A model generated the notes under the pieces. The model was given only the letters and a program-made list of their open reading frames with translations, was not told where the DNA came from and did not search any database. Below are positions 34,066-44,127 of a DNA stretch of 52,174 bases, in pieces. The first letter of the stretch is position 1; each line of letters opens with the position of its first letter. Source of the DNA: a virus (Duplodnaviria > Caudoviricetes); IMG/VR virus record IMGVR_UViG_3300025889_000166, positions 1 to 52,174 of that record, one strand, 5' to 3'. A program made the position numbers and the translations under genes.

Positions 34066-34482
34066 ATGGCGACAGACTTTCCACGTAAAGGCGACGACCA
34101 GAAGGTCAGCCTCCGCAATTCGCAGTGGCAGCTATTCCCGCTCGCCTACGCCGAGGATCTGAAAGAGAACTACCCGTCGATCTGGAGACGAGGCGGCAAC
34201 ATTCGCGGCAACGACCAGTTCAGGAAGCTCGCTCCGATCGCTCGCCGGGGAGGCAGCGTCGAGAGCGAATCGGAGGAGAACGCCGTCAGGTTGCGCGAGG
34301 CATGGGTCGCTCGTCACTACGAGGATCATCGACTCGCTGGCGTCGTCGCGCAGATCAAGTGGCTGGCTGTCGGCTCACGTGGGCTCAGTCATATGAAGCA
34401 AGTCATCAACGAGGCGAAGCAGCGCGTTAGAGACAATCGCTGCCTGACGTGCGGACGACGGTTGACACGGCCCGAGCAGTAG
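34066..34482 (+). CDS. Conserved phage hypothetical protein (head-module associated)
   Basis: YP.IWRRGGNIRGN.QF...REAWVARH...GVVAQIKW. Confidence 0.7.
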   Translation: MATDFPRKGDDQKVSLRNSQWQLFPLAYAEDLKENYPSIWRRGGNIRGNDQFRKLAPIARRGGSVESESEENAVRLREAWVARHYEDHRLAGVVAQIKWLAVGSRGLSHMKQVINEAKQRVRDNRCLTCGRRLTRPEQ

Positions 34483-34552
34483 CGCAAGATTCCCATTACC
34501 GGGAACCCCATACAGGGAACCTCGGTCAGTCACGTGACCGCAGAGTTCCCGT

Positions 34553-35890
34553 ATGTCCAGACATATCAGCGCAGCCCATGCTCGCTTGAATGGTGTCATC
34601 GACCCGGCGCTCGTCCAGATCGAAACGCTCTCGGACGGCACCGAGATTTTGTCGTTCCCGGTTAAGGCGCTTCGCGAGCAGATCCTTGAGTGCATGACCT
34701 GCCTTCCCGGTGGCGAGTTCGTCAGCGGCACGGAGATCAAGAAGTCGATCTCGGAATGGGACGGGATGCCATTGACGATCGACCACCCGCGCAACGAGCG
34801 CGGCGTGCTTGAATACGCGAACCGCGATGCTCAGTTCTTGGAAGCGGTGAAGGTCGGAGAGATCAGCGACCCGCAATGGCGCGACGGTTTCCTCTGGGTG
34901 ACTGCTCGCCTCAACCGCACGCTGGCGACCCGTAGCACCGAAGGTCGTGGGATCGTTCGCGCACTGCTCAACGGCAGCGCCGACGTGGAGGTCAGCACTG
35001 GATACGGTGCCGAGCTTCGTCCGATGGAGGGCGAGTTCGAGGGATCGAAGTTTGACTACGAGCAGGTCGGTATTGAGCCGGATCATCTGGCGTTGCTACC
35101 GATCGGCACAGTCGGCGCGTGTAGCGTCGAGATGGGCTGTGGAGCAGCGCGAGCAGCGCAGGCGATGCAACAGCCCGAGCAGGAAGACAACGCAACGGAG
35201 AACGCCGTGAGCGGGATCAAGAGATTGGCGCAGGCAATCCTCGAAGTGCTTGAGGGCGGCTCGTCAGAGGCCACCGAACCTCTCGCCTTGAACAGCGAGG
35301 CCGAGAGCAACGACGACACACCGGGCGATGGTGGCACCCCGGAACCAACAGAGGAGGAAGCTGTGAATCGTGACGAACTGATTCACGCCCTCGTCGGCGC
35401 TGCGTCACTGCCTTTCGATGCGGAAGAGCTGGGCGCGATGGACGACGAGAAGCTGACCAGCCTCGCGACTCTGGCCGGTGTGTGTGGTTGCGCTGATGAG
35501 CCGACCGCCAACGCTGAGGAGATCGACGAGATCGTCGAGACCGAAGCGGCACCCGAAGAGGTTCAGATGGTGTCTGTCACGCCCCAGCACGTCGAGTTCC
35601 TCGACGCACTGATGCGCGGCGAGCACCCGCTGATCGACGCGGCCAATGCAGCGCAGGCTGCTGCGGACGCGGAGCGCGACGAGCTTGTCGTGGAGTTGCT
35701 TGCCAATGAGGCAGTGGCTCTGTCCGAGCATGATCTGAAGGGCCTCGGCCTCTCGGCTCTGCGCGGTCTTTCCAAGTCCTTCAAGGCTGTTGACTACAGC
35801 GGCCTCGGTGGACCCCGTTCCAACGCACTCGGCGTCGGTGAGGACGACGGCTATATGCCGCTGCCTTCTCACGATGCCATCCCCGCCTAA
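34553..35890 (+). CDS. Prohead protease/scaffold, DUF2213-like
   Basis: PLTIDHP, EVSTGY, DHLALLP..VGACS...GCG, acidic scaffold-like C-terminus. Confidence 0.85.
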   Translation: MSRHISAAHARLNGVIDPALVQIETLSDGTEILSFPVKALREQILECMTCLPGGEFVSGTEIKKSISEWDGMPLTIDHPRNERGVLEYANRDAQFLEAVKVGEISDPQWRDGFLWVTARLNRTLATRSTEGRGIVRALLNGSADVEVSTGYGAELRPMEGEFEGSKFDYEQVGIEPDHLALLPIGTVGACSVEMGCGAARAAQAMQQPEQEDNATENAVSGIKRLAQAILEVLEGGSSEATEPLALNSEAESNDDTPGDGGTPEPTEEEAVNRDELIHALVGAASLPFDAEELGAMDDEKLTSLATLAGVCGCADEPTANAEEIDEIVETEAAPEEVQMVSVTPQHVEFLDALMRGEHPLIDAANAAQAAADAERDELVVELLANEAVALSEHDLKGLGLSALRGLSKSFKAVDYSGLGGPRSNALGVGEDDGYMPLPSHDAIPA

Positions 35891-35907
35891 CAGGAGAAGC
35901 ATGAAGA

Positions 35908-36342
35908 ATGGCTAACGTCATTTTCCTGAAGGGCTCCGGCATCATCAAGGAGGCGGTCGCTGCTGCTTCGGGCATCAAGCCCGGTCACAGACTCGACCTC
36001 TCCCTGAACGCTGGAGTTCTCGAAGTTGGGGTGGGCGCTGCTGGTGGTGCCGCCGATGGTGGCCGGGCTGCTTTCGCTGTCGAGAACAGCGAGATCGGCT
36101 ACGACAACACCGACGCCTATCCTGACAACGCGCAGGTCAAGTACGTCGTCGCCCATAAGGGTGACGAGGTTCTGGCCCGTGCCGCGACCGGCCTCACGTG
36201 GGCGACCGGCGCACCCCTCTATTCCGCAGCCAGTGGTCAGGTGACTGACGTGCCGGGTACTGCGGTGACTCCCATCGGCTATGCTTTGTCGGATGTCACG
36301 TCGAGCACTGCCGATCTTCTTGTACCGATGGAGGTGGCCTAA
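35908..36342 (+). CDS. Head decoration/cement protein
   Basis: Ala/Gly-rich 144 aa between protease and capsid. Confidence 0.7.
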   Translation: MANVIFLKGSGIIKEAVAAASGIKPGHRLDLSLNAGVLEVGVGAAGGAADGGRAAFAVENSEIGYDNTDAYPDNAQVKYVVAHKGDEVLARAATGLTWATGAPLYSAASGQVTDVPGTAVTPIGYALSDVTSSTADLLVPMEVA

Positions 36343-37356
36343 ATGTCTGACACGACACAGGGCGCTCCGGGGCACGTGTTCGCCGGTTCGCCGGGTAAGA
36401 CGCTCGCCGCGAACGGCTGGGATCTGAAAGCCCTCCGTCCGGTGCTGCGTGACAACGGGCCTCTGCGGGCGAACGACCTTCTTCGGAAGGACGAGTGGAA
36501 GGCGCTCGACGATGCGGTCGTCGAAGTTGCCAAGCGTCAGCTGGGCGCGATTGAGGACTTGCAGGCGGCGGGCCTGACCCGCAACCTCGGAAGCCTCGGC
36601 GTCCTGCTCGACGAGTACGAGGCAGTCTCGTACATCGACGAGGCCGAGCAGAACATGTCCGGTGTCGCACCGGGCCAGCGCGACCTCGCGAAGTTCACGC
36701 TCAACAGCGTGCCCATCCCGATCACGTATCGGGACTTCCAGATTCACATGAGGCACCTTGAGGCTTCGCGCCGGGGTGGTTCCAGCATCGACACGACGAA
36801 CGCCGATCTGGCTGCGCGTCGGGTTGCTGAGAAGCTGGAGGATATGCTGTTCAATGGTTCGACCGTTGCGATCGGTGGCAACACCGTCGCCGGTTACACC
36901 ACCGCGTCGAGCCGGATCACCGGCTCCCTCACGGGCGACTGGGCGACCTTCCCGACCGTGACGGGCGAGAACATTGTCAGCGACGTGCTGGCGATGATCG
37001 CTGCCGCAGAGAACGAGAACTACTTCGGTCAGTTCATGTTCTACGTTCCGGTGACCTATATGCAGGTCCTGCGGAACGACTTCAAGGCGAACTCGGACAA
37101 GACGATCATGCAGCGTCTCGAAGAGATCGACGCCTTCCAAGGTGTTCGGGGAACCACGTCACTTACGTCTGAGGTCGTCGCTGTTCGGATGACCCGTGAC
37201 GTTGTGGACCTCTCCGTAGCAGCGCCCATTACCACCGTCCAGTGGGACGAGATGGGCGGCATGATCCAGAACTTCAAGGTCATGGCTGCGATGGCACCGC
37301 GCATCAAGATCCCCGACACGGCTAACGCCAAGACGGGACTGGTGCATTACACCTGA
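36343..37356 (+). CDS. Major capsid protein (HK97 fold, encapsulin/Linocin_M18-like family)
   Basis: LRKDEW..LD.AV, VPIPITYRDFQI..R.L.ASR, VAEKLE.MLFNG; GGAGG RBS; strongly biased codons. Confidence 0.9.
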   Translation: MSDTTQGAPGHVFAGSPGKTLAANGWDLKALRPVLRDNGPLRANDLLRKDEWKALDDAVVEVAKRQLGAIEDLQAAGLTRNLGSLGVLLDEYEAVSYIDEAEQNMSGVAPGQRDLAKFTLNSVPIPITYRDFQIHMRHLEASRRGGSSIDTTNADLAARRVAEKLEDMLFNGSTVAIGGNTVAGYTTASSRITGSLTGDWATFPTVTGENIVSDVLAMIAAAENENYFGQFMFYVPVTYMQVLRNDFKANSDKTIMQRLEEIDAFQGVRGTTSLTSEVVAVRMTRDVVDLSVAAPITTVQWDEMGGMIQNFKVMAAMAPRIKIPDTANAKTGLVHYT

Positions 37357-37379
37357 CCGTAGTCAGGTGATCTGAGATT

Positions 37380-37418
37380 CCGGGGGTGGGGGTACGCCCC
37401 TGCCCCCGGTTTCGTTTC
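37380..37418 (+). terminator. Intrinsic terminator after capsid gene
   Basis: CCGGGGGTGGGGG-TACG-CCCCTGCCCCCGG then TTTCGTTTC. Confidence 0.8.
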
Positions 37419-37443
37419 ACACGACGGCAAGAGAGAGAAGAGA

Positions 37444-37785
37444 ATGGCAAAGAAAAGTCACACGCACGTGCTTGCGAAGCCTCACGTCATGGTGCAGGGC
37501 AACGGCATCAGAAAGATGATGCCGACCGGCACGCCATGCTCGCCCACGGAGCGGCAGGTATTGAATATGCCTGACGTGTTCCTGCGGGCTGATGGTGGCG
37601 AGGATCGCGAGGAGTCGCGAGAGCACGGCATGAAGTTCCACTCGGTCGGCCACATCAAAGATCTGGCTGAAGAGACGGAGGACGTGGACACCCTCACCGC
37701 GATGCTCTCCGAGGAAGAGACGGGGCGCGACCGGAAGAGCGTGGTGCAGGCCCTCAAGAAGCGCATCAAGGAATTGAAGGCATGA
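37444..37785 (+). CDS. Hypothetical head-associated protein
   Basis: C-terminal E..GRDRKSVVQALKKRI helix pair typical of genes following MCP. Confidence 0.65.
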   Translation: MAKKSHTHVLAKPHVMVQGNGIRKMMPTGTPCSPTERQVLNMPDVFLRADGGEDREESREHGMKFHSVGHIKDLAEETEDVDTLTAMLSEEETGRDRKSVVQALKKRIKELKA

Positions 37786-37975
37786 AGCATCCGAGGGGAA
37801 TCAACTGGGAGCCGTCGCCCAGTCCCCAAGGCCCCGCTATGTAAAACCGAGCAGGCGTGCGGCCACGGTCTGCGGATACCTCTGGCGGGTGTTTTATATT
37901 TAGGCTGACGCCTACGTTCGGCGTCATTGACAAGCGGCACCTCGCCACGATCGCGAGTCCGCAGGGAGATAGCAG

Positions 37976-38392
37976 ATGGCTCGGACAACTACGTCGCGAG
38001 TGTGCAGTGTCATGGACACGACGCTCACCGAGGATGAGGTCGCACCGTTCGTAGAGACGGCGAACCTCATGGTGACCGCGTACCTCACTAGCACCGACCA
38101 GACTGCCGATGCGCTGCGAGAGGTAGAGACGTACCTCGCCGCGCATTTCGTGTCTCTGCGCGACCGCCTCGTCAAGAGTGAGGCAGCGGGCGGTGTCCGG
38201 TTCGACTATCAAGGCGAGACAGGCATGGGCCTCGACTCGTCGCACTATGGACAGACCGCCAAGCTGCTCGACTCCTCCGGGGTGCTCAAAGAGATTGACG
38301 GTAAGACCCGCATCACGTGGAAGCATCGAGCCGGTAGCGAGCGCACGAACATCGACTACCGGACACTGCTGCCTGACGTGGATCTGCTATGA
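37976..38392 (+). CDS. Head-tail adaptor (DUF4054-like)
   Basis: YLAAHFVSL...GLDSSHYGQ. Confidence 0.75.
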   Translation: MARTTTSRVCSVMDTTLTEDEVAPFVETANLMVTAYLTSTDQTADALREVETYLAAHFVSLRDRLVKSEAAGGVRFDYQGETGMGLDSSHYGQTAKLLDSSGVLKEIDGKTRITWKHRAGSERTNIDYRTLLPDVDLL

Positions 38393-38835
38393 GCAAGATC
38401 AAGTTCACCGGGCTCCAGCAGCTTGCGCTGTTCTTCAACCAGCTAGGCCGCATCAAGAACTTCGATGATGCGTATGTAGGCTCGGCGGTTGAGTACGGAC
38501 CATACCAAGAGTTCGGCACCTCGCGGATGCAGGAGCGCCCACACTGGCGCGTTGCGATCCCCGAGGTCATTGCTGCCGCTGGTAGTGGAGGGCTGAAGCG
38601 AGAGATGGAGGAGTCGCTGATGGAGGCCGTCACGGGTGGCGCGTCTGCGGAGATCGACAGCGGCGGGAACCCTCCATACGTCATGGCTCTCGCGATTGAG
38701 CGCAGGGTCAAGCAGGTCATCACTGCCAAGAAGATCATCGACACGGGCAACTACCGCGCCTCAGTTGCGGCTGGCCGGTCGGAGTCCGAGGCATACTCGA
38801 CATCTGTTTCACGTGCAACAACGATCGACGCATGA
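38389..38835 (+). CDS. Neck / tail-completion protein (HK97 gp10-like)
   Basis: YGPYQEFGTSRMQERP, IIDTGNYRAS. Confidence 0.75.
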   Translation: MSKIKFTGLQQLALFFNQLGRIKNFDDAYVGSAVEYGPYQEFGTSRMQERPHWRVAIPEVIAAAGSGGLKREMEESLMEAVTGGASAEIDSGGNPPYVMALAIERRVKQVITAKKIIDTGNYRASVAAGRSESEAYSTSVSRATTIDA

Positions 38836-39224
38836 GCAGGTCGGCGGCTGTGCGGATGCTGAAGCGGTCGGGCGAGTTATTCACACTGACGACATACAGC
38901 GCAGGAGCCCGTGACGATTACGAGGATGTCTCGTACACGTCTAGCACAGGGTTCGCCAAGGTTCGCGGCTTACGGCTCAACAGAGACGCTGAGAGGCAGT
39001 ACATAGACCAGACCGGCGAGGTGTCGGTCGCAGATGTCGCTGTGCTGTTCGCGTATCCGGTCAAGGACGAGCAAGGCAACGAGGTCACGATCTCGGATCT
39101 GACGACATCGCGCTTGCCCACGCTGACGGACACATACGGGCGCTCGTACACGATCGTTTCTCAGCGACTCGAATCTACAGCGGTCGGCGGGCTGATGCTC
39201 TACGGTCGCCGGGAGTTTGACTGA
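38832..39224 (+). CDS. Putative head-closure (stopper) protein
   Basis: Size and synteny; beta-rich. Confidence 0.55.
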   Translation: MSRSAAVRMLKRSGELFTLTTYSAGARDDYEDVSYTSSTGFAKVRGLRLNRDAERQYIDQTGEVSVADVAVLFAYPVKDEQGNEVTISDLTTSRLPTLTDTYGRSYTIVSQRLESTAVGGLMLYGRREFD

Positions 39225-39685
39225 TGCCGGTTCCTAGCGTGGACCCGATCGTATCGGTCAAGGATCTGGTCAAGACGAACTGGGTAGCTGCGAACGTTAC
39301 TGGCACGACGACCCCGGACTTTCATACGGGCTGGTTCAATCCGAAGTCGAGTTCGCCACAGATGACGTTTAGCGGACGCAGCGAGGCGTTCGAGGGCCAG
39401 ACCGGCTACGGTGCGATCGGGGCGAGTGGTCCGGTCCAGATCGCGAACGGCGTCCTGTTCGTGAACTGCTGGGCGTACCGAGACGACAGTGGCGTATCAC
39501 CGAAGAAGCTCGTGCATGATATGGCCGAGGAGGTTCGTCGGATCGTGCTCGCGAACTACGACACGATCGCGGATCTCGACTATGTGTCGATCACGTCAGT
39601 CGATGATGTTGCACCACCAGAAGGGATAGATCCGATGGTCTTTCGGAAGGCTATCACAGTCGGGTTCAGATGGAGGACCACATGA
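39224..39685 (+). CDS. Putative tail terminator
   Basis: Size and synteny before tail tube. Confidence 0.6.
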   Translation: MPVPSVDPIVSVKDLVKTNWVAANVTGTTTPDFHTGWFNPKSSSPQMTFSGRSEAFEGQTGYGAIGASGPVQIANGVLFVNCWAYRDDSGVSPKKLVHDMAEEVRRIVLANYDTIADLDYVSITSVDDVAPPEGIDPMVFRKAITVGFRWRTT

Positions 39686-39876
39686 AGATCAAATGCAGCA
39701 ACGAAGGAGTACGGGCGCTCGTCATCACCGTCGATGGCAAGAGGTGTGAGGCGACGTTCGACAAAGGCATCGCGAGCGTTGATGCCGAAACGGGAGAGGC
39801 ACTGGTCGCTGCGTACCCGGACATCATGGAGGTCGTCAAGAAGACGGCCCGCAAATCATCCACACGTAAGGAGTAG
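39682..39876 (+). CDS. Small hypothetical protein
   Basis: GGAGGA RBS, ATGA overlap, 64 aa. Confidence 0.6.
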   Translation: MKIKCSNEGVRALVITVDGKRCEATFDKGIASVDAETGEALVAAYPDIMEVVKKTARKSSTRKE

Positions 39877-39881
39877 CCGCC

Positions 39882-41078
39882 ATGTCATTCGAGAGTGGCA
39901 TCGGTGCGCTGCGGGCGAACTTCATTCGGGAGACGACCGCAGGCACGACACCAACCAACCCAGCGTGGCTTCGGTACAGCGACGAACTTGATAGCGTCGG
40001 GAATTGGGTACCGAACACGAACATCGCTGCACGCACGGCGATCGGTACGCCAGACATCACTGGCTTCAGCATCGGCGCAGAGGACCACGAGTTCTCGGTC
40101 GCCTACAAGCTGCAACGCTGGCCTTCAGCGAGCGGCGATGCGTCATACGACGGTCTAATCCGTGACGCGAACGGATACCTCCCGGCGACTCACTCTTTCC
40201 TGTCGCGTCAGATTCTCTCTGGCGAAGGGAACCAGAGTGGGGGCGACTTGCACGTCTACACCTACGGGACGGGCGGCAAGATCGACACCGTAACCGTAAG
40301 CGGTGATCCGGGCGACAGCGAGCCGGTCGCCGTCGAACTCGGATACCGCTTCGAGAAGATCCGCTCCTATGCGGTGAGCCAGCCAACAGCGGGCACGACG
40401 ATGACGGTCGTATCGGCATCTGCGAGCGATACCACGCAGGACGTGACGGTCGAGAACCTGACCGGCGCGACCAGCGAGACGATCTCCCTGTCGGGGACCA
40501 CGCCAGTAGCCGGTGTTACCTCGTTCTCCGATATCGGTGCGGTGCGACTGTCTGCTGAGACGGTGGGAGACGTGACGGTCACGTTCACGACAGGCGGCGA
40601 GACGTGCGTCATCATTCTCGGCTCGGATTCGCAGCAGGGCATCGAAGGTGACTACGGCCTGCCGTTGCTCGGCTCGGGTTCGTATGAGTCGGCGCTCGGT
40701 ACCGCGCTTGAGCACATTCTCGGTGACACGATCAACAAGGGTGGCAGTGCGCTCGACGTGAACGTGATGACGCTCTCGTTCGAGGTGCAGAACAACATCC
40801 AGAGCGATGCGGTCACACGCGGCAAGCTCAAGGTGCAGAACGAAGGACTCCGCAACTGTTCGGCCAGCGCGACGGTGTTCAGCGCACGAGGTTCGCACGA
40901 CTCGACGATCGACCACCTGAAGGCCACGCAGGCGAATATCACGTGGCAGATGGCAGGCGGCACGCTCCAGCTTGACAGCGCAGTGCTGACCGAGCCGGGT
41001 CCGCGTACCTACGAGAAAGGCAGCGCGACCATGCAGCGTGATAACACGTTCACGGGCACGGGCATCACGATCACTTGA
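39882..41078 (+). CDS. Major tail tube protein
   Basis: ETTAGTTPTNPAW N-terminus, Thr/Gly-rich, precedes chaperones and tape measure; no sheath gene. Confidence 0.8.
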   Translation: MSFESGIGALRANFIRETTAGTTPTNPAWLRYSDELDSVGNWVPNTNIAARTAIGTPDITGFSIGAEDHEFSVAYKLQRWPSASGDASYDGLIRDANGYLPATHSFLSRQILSGEGNQSGGDLHVYTYGTGGKIDTVTVSGDPGDSEPVAVELGYRFEKIRSYAVSQPTAGTTMTVVSASASDTTQDVTVENLTGATSETISLSGTTPVAGVTSFSDIGAVRLSAETVGDVTVTFTTGGETCVIILGSDSQQGIEGDYGLPLLGSGSYESALGTALEHILGDTINKGGSALDVNVMTLSFEVQNNIQSDAVTRGKLKVQNEGLRNCSASATVFSARGSHDSTIDHLKATQANITWQMAGGTLQLDSAVLTEPGPRTYEKGSATMQRDNTFTGTGITIT

Positions 41079-41093
41079 TAGGGAGACGACGGC

Positions 41094-41471
41094 ATGACAA
41101 AGAAGAAGCGAGCGGCGAACGGACAGGGGGCCGACCTCAAGATTGAGGACTTGTTCGTTCGTCGCACAGCGGAGGGCGAGATCGTACCGATCTCGGTTGA
41201 GGTTCCGGGCCTGAAGGGCAAGAAGATCAAAGTCTTACCGACGACGATCGGATCGGTCAAAGGGCTACAGAATCTCGACAAGGATGCAGTGACTTGGCCG
41301 ATTGAGGAGAAGGTGCGCTACGTGCGGGAGCACGTGGTTGACCCTGCTCTCTCAGAGGTCACGATGGACGAAATCATCGACAACATGACGATGTGGGATC
41401 TGGACATGGTGCTCATCGCCGCGATTCAGGCCGGTAGCGCACTCAGGAGACAGCAGCAGGGAAAAGGGTAG
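41094..41471 (+). CDS. Tail assembly chaperone (gpG-like)
   Basis: Between tube and tape measure; ends on slippery G GGA AAA. Confidence 0.8.
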   Translation: MTKKKRAANGQGADLKIEDLFVRRTAEGEIVPISVEVPGLKGKKIKVLPTTIGSVKGLQNLDKDAVTWPIEEKVRYVREHVVDPALSEVTMDEIIDNMTMWDLDMVLIAAIQAGSALRRQQQGKG

Positions 41472-41683
41472 GCCCGCGAAGGAGCTTCGAGGACAGTATT
41501 CTCGAAGTCGAGGCTTGGCTCCACACGCAGGGGTACAGGTACACTGGACCGGGCAATCTCTACGGGGTCACATTCGCGGAGATCGACAACCTCTCGGAAG
41601 GGCAGCGGCTTCTATCTCTGACAGCGGACGGCGTGACTAAGGGCGAGGAGGAAATGTTCAACCGTCTCGCTGAGGAGCTATAG
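41459..41683 (+). CDS. -1 frameshift extension of tail chaperone (gpGT-like)
   Basis: Heptamer GGGAAAA 41459-65; -1 frame open to TAG 41683, just before the tape measure start. Confidence 0.8.
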   Translation, partial: GKRVGPRRSFEDSILEVEAWLHTQGYRYTGPGNLYGVTFAEIDNLSEGQRLLSLTADGVTKGEEEMFNRLAEEL

Positions 41684-41684
41684 G

Positions 41685-44126
41685 GTGAGCCTGCTAACGA
41701 TTGGCGCGAAGATCACAGCCGACACCGGGGCGTTCGTCTCCGGCATGGCGCAAGGCACGCGAGGGCTGCAAGCGTTCGCAGGTGCCGCAGGACTCGCTAC
41801 GGGTGCGCTCGGCGCGTTCGCTGGTGCTCAAGCGATAGGAGCCGCGATACGGCGCACTCGCGAGTATCAAGCCGAACTCATCAAGCTCAACACGTTGGTC
41901 GGTATCAGCGTAGACGAACTTGATGGATTCGACCAAGCGTTCAGAGACATCTCAGCGGTAACGGGCACCGCTGCGTCGGATGTCGCCCGCGCTGGCTTTG
42001 CGATCACGTCGGGTGGTGCGCGTGGCGCAGAAGCGATCGAAGCAATCGAACAAGCCGCCAAGCTCTCTGCGATCGGTTTGGGTGATATGCAGACGATCGG
42101 GCGCACGCTGACCGCTGCGTTGCAGACGTTCGGCAGCACAGGCTTGACCGCATCGAAGGCAGCAGACACGCTCGCGGCTACGGTGCGAGAAGGAAACCTC
42201 GAAGCCTCAGAGCTTGCGGGCGCACTGTCGCGTGTGTTGGGTCCAGCGCAAGCACTCGGCGTATCGTTTGAAGATGTCGGCGCGTTCATGGCGACGTTCA
42301 CCAGACTCGGAGGTGACAGCGCACAAGCTGCCACGGGCCTCCTAAACGTGTTCAACTTGCTAATCGCGCCACCCAAGCAAGCACGCGAGGCGATGGAGGA
42401 GTACGGCGTCAGCGTGGAGCGTCTGAGGCAGATAGCGGGTGAGCAAGGATTACAGCAAGCGTTAGAGGCACTCAGCACGGCACTCGGCGGCAACATTGAC
42501 AAGCTAGGCGAGACGGTGCCGAACGTGCGAGCCAGCAACGCGGTACTCTCGACCGCTGTCGTTCAGGCCGAGGAGTATGCTCGCATTCAAGAAGATGTAC
42601 GAGATGCGACCGGCACAGCCGCGCAAGCGTTCGCCACGTACTCGGAAACAGCTGACGCGAAGTTCGCGAGGTTCGGATCGGCAATCGAAGGCTTGGGCCT
42701 CGCTATTGGTTCGGCCTTGTTGCCGAGCTTGGCTCTGATGGTTACGGGGTTACAGACGGCAATCGCACCGTTCACCGGGTTGATTGAGCACTTCAACGAA
42801 TTAGCTGCGATTCTCGCACGCGACCTAGACGGTCCTTTGCAGGACTTTGTGGATTGGCTGCACGATCTTGACCCGAATCTCGACAGTGCCACGCAATCGC
42901 TCTACGACTACAACCAAGAACTCGCGAAGCTAGGCCGTGAGCCCGTAGACATTACGCCATACCAGCAACTTCAGAAAGAGCTTTCAGATTTAAGCGAGCA
43001 AGAACTCACCACGAAGGTCGAAGAACTGCGTCAAAGCATCCGGAATCTCACGCCGATGACCGAAGGATGGACGCAAGGCGCGATCGAGGCCCGCCGCGAA
43101 CAGAAAAAGCTGGCCGAGGAACTGGTGCAGGTCAACACGCATCTGCAACAACGCACGGCAAGGACGAACGCACAGGCCGAAGCGGAAAGGCAGTTGACCG
43201 AGGAACAAGAGCGAGCACAGGCTGCGATCCGCACTCAGTTAGAACAACAGCGAGATGCAGAGCGACGAGACGCGATTGACCAGCTTCTTGGATCGCTAAA
43301 ACAAAAAGCTGATCTGCTAGAGAAAGGCGAACGCGCCATGCTGGCGAATCAGCTAGAAACACTCGGAGCGACAAACGCGGAGATCAGTCATGCGCTGGCA
43401 CTGTATGACAGCGCCGAAGCACAAAAGGCCAAGACTGCGGAAGAAGAACGAGCGCGTGCGGTGCGGGCTCGTTTGCGGCGACAAGATTTAGCAGACCGGA
43501 TCGCAGCAAGTGAGCGTGCCGAAGATCGACGCAAGAAGCTACGGCAGAAGCTAGAGGAACAAGAAGAGAAACGTCGCCAAGCAGAGCAGCGCATGGCGCA
43601 GTTAGCGGAGCAGAATAGGCTGCGCGAAATCAGTCAGGCGGCGGGTGAGATGGCCGACGCTTTCACTGATGCGTTTGAGTCGTTGGTGAGCGACATCAAT
43701 AACGCAGAGGATGCTTTCAAGAGCCTACTGCGGACGATTGCCCAACAAGCCCAGCGGCAATTAGTCACGAGGTTCATTACACAGCCTCTGACCGACGCGA
43801 TCTCGGGCGCGATTGATTCAATTACCGGAGTCAGTCTCGACACTACCATGACCGGCCCAGACTTGTCTGGCATGAGCAAGCTGGAGACGGGCACCGCAGT
43901 GGGGTCGCTACGAGTCCAGCCGGTGCAAACGCCTTCTTCAGTTCGCGTGCAAACGAACCAACCGCAACCGCAGACAGTCGTGCAGCAGTCAATCACGTTC
44001 TCGCCCTCGTTCATCGACGGCGCAGACGGTGCGGCTTGGCTGCGTAGCAACTCGCAGGAGATTATGACCATTATCAGCGACGGTGCTCGTCGCAGTTCAA
44101 GCTACGCGACAGCGTTGAGAGGTTAG
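41685..44126 (+). CDS. Tape measure protein
   Basis: 813 aa, Ala-rich TP901-like core, long coiled coil. Confidence 0.92.
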   Translation: MSLLTIGAKITADTGAFVSGMAQGTRGLQAFAGAAGLATGALGAFAGAQAIGAAIRRTREYQAELIKLNTLVGISVDELDGFDQAFRDISAVTGTAASDVARAGFAITSGGARGAEAIEAIEQAAKLSAIGLGDMQTIGRTLTAALQTFGSTGLTASKAADTLAATVREGNLEASELAGALSRVLGPAQALGVSFEDVGAFMATFTRLGGDSAQAATGLLNVFNLLIAPPKQAREAMEEYGVSVERLRQIAGEQGLQQALEALSTALGGNIDKLGETVPNVRASNAVLSTAVVQAEEYARIQEDVRDATGTAAQAFATYSETADAKFARFGSAIEGLGLAIGSALLPSLALMVTGLQTAIAPFTGLIEHFNELAAILARDLDGPLQDFVDWLHDLDPNLDSATQSLYDYNQELAKLGREPVDITPYQQLQKELSDLSEQELTTKVEELRQSIRNLTPMTEGWTQGAIEARREQKKLAEELVQVNTHLQQRTARTNAQAEAERQLTEEQERAQAAIRTQLEQQRDAERRDAIDQLLGSLKQKADLLEKGERAMLANQLETLGATNAEISHALALYDSAEAQKAKTAEEERARAVRARLRRQDLADRIAASERAEDRRKKLRQKLEEQEEKRRQAEQRMAQLAEQNRLREISQAAGEMADAFTDAFESLVSDINNAEDAFKSLLRTIAQQAQRQLVTRFITQPLTDAISGAIDSITGVSLDTTMTGPDLSGMSKLETGTAVGSLRVQPVQTPSSVRVQTNQPQPQTVVQQSITFSPSFIDGADGAAWLRSNSQEIMTIISDGARRSSSYATALRG

Positions 44127-44127
44127 T

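Noticed and set aside
35887-37140. Long minus-strand ORFs (417 aa here; also 6717-7433, 40155-40916, 41867-42538)
   Set aside because: Antisense shadows of GC-rich, codon-biased + strand genes; no recognisable motifs or RBS
36343-37356. Encapsulin/bacteriocin (Linocin M18)
   Set aside because: Sits after protease and decoration genes in a phage head module; it is the major capsid protein
37927-37955. Additional TTGACA promoters at ~37927 and ~34462
   Set aside because: No convincing -10 at 16-18 bp and no operator or leader
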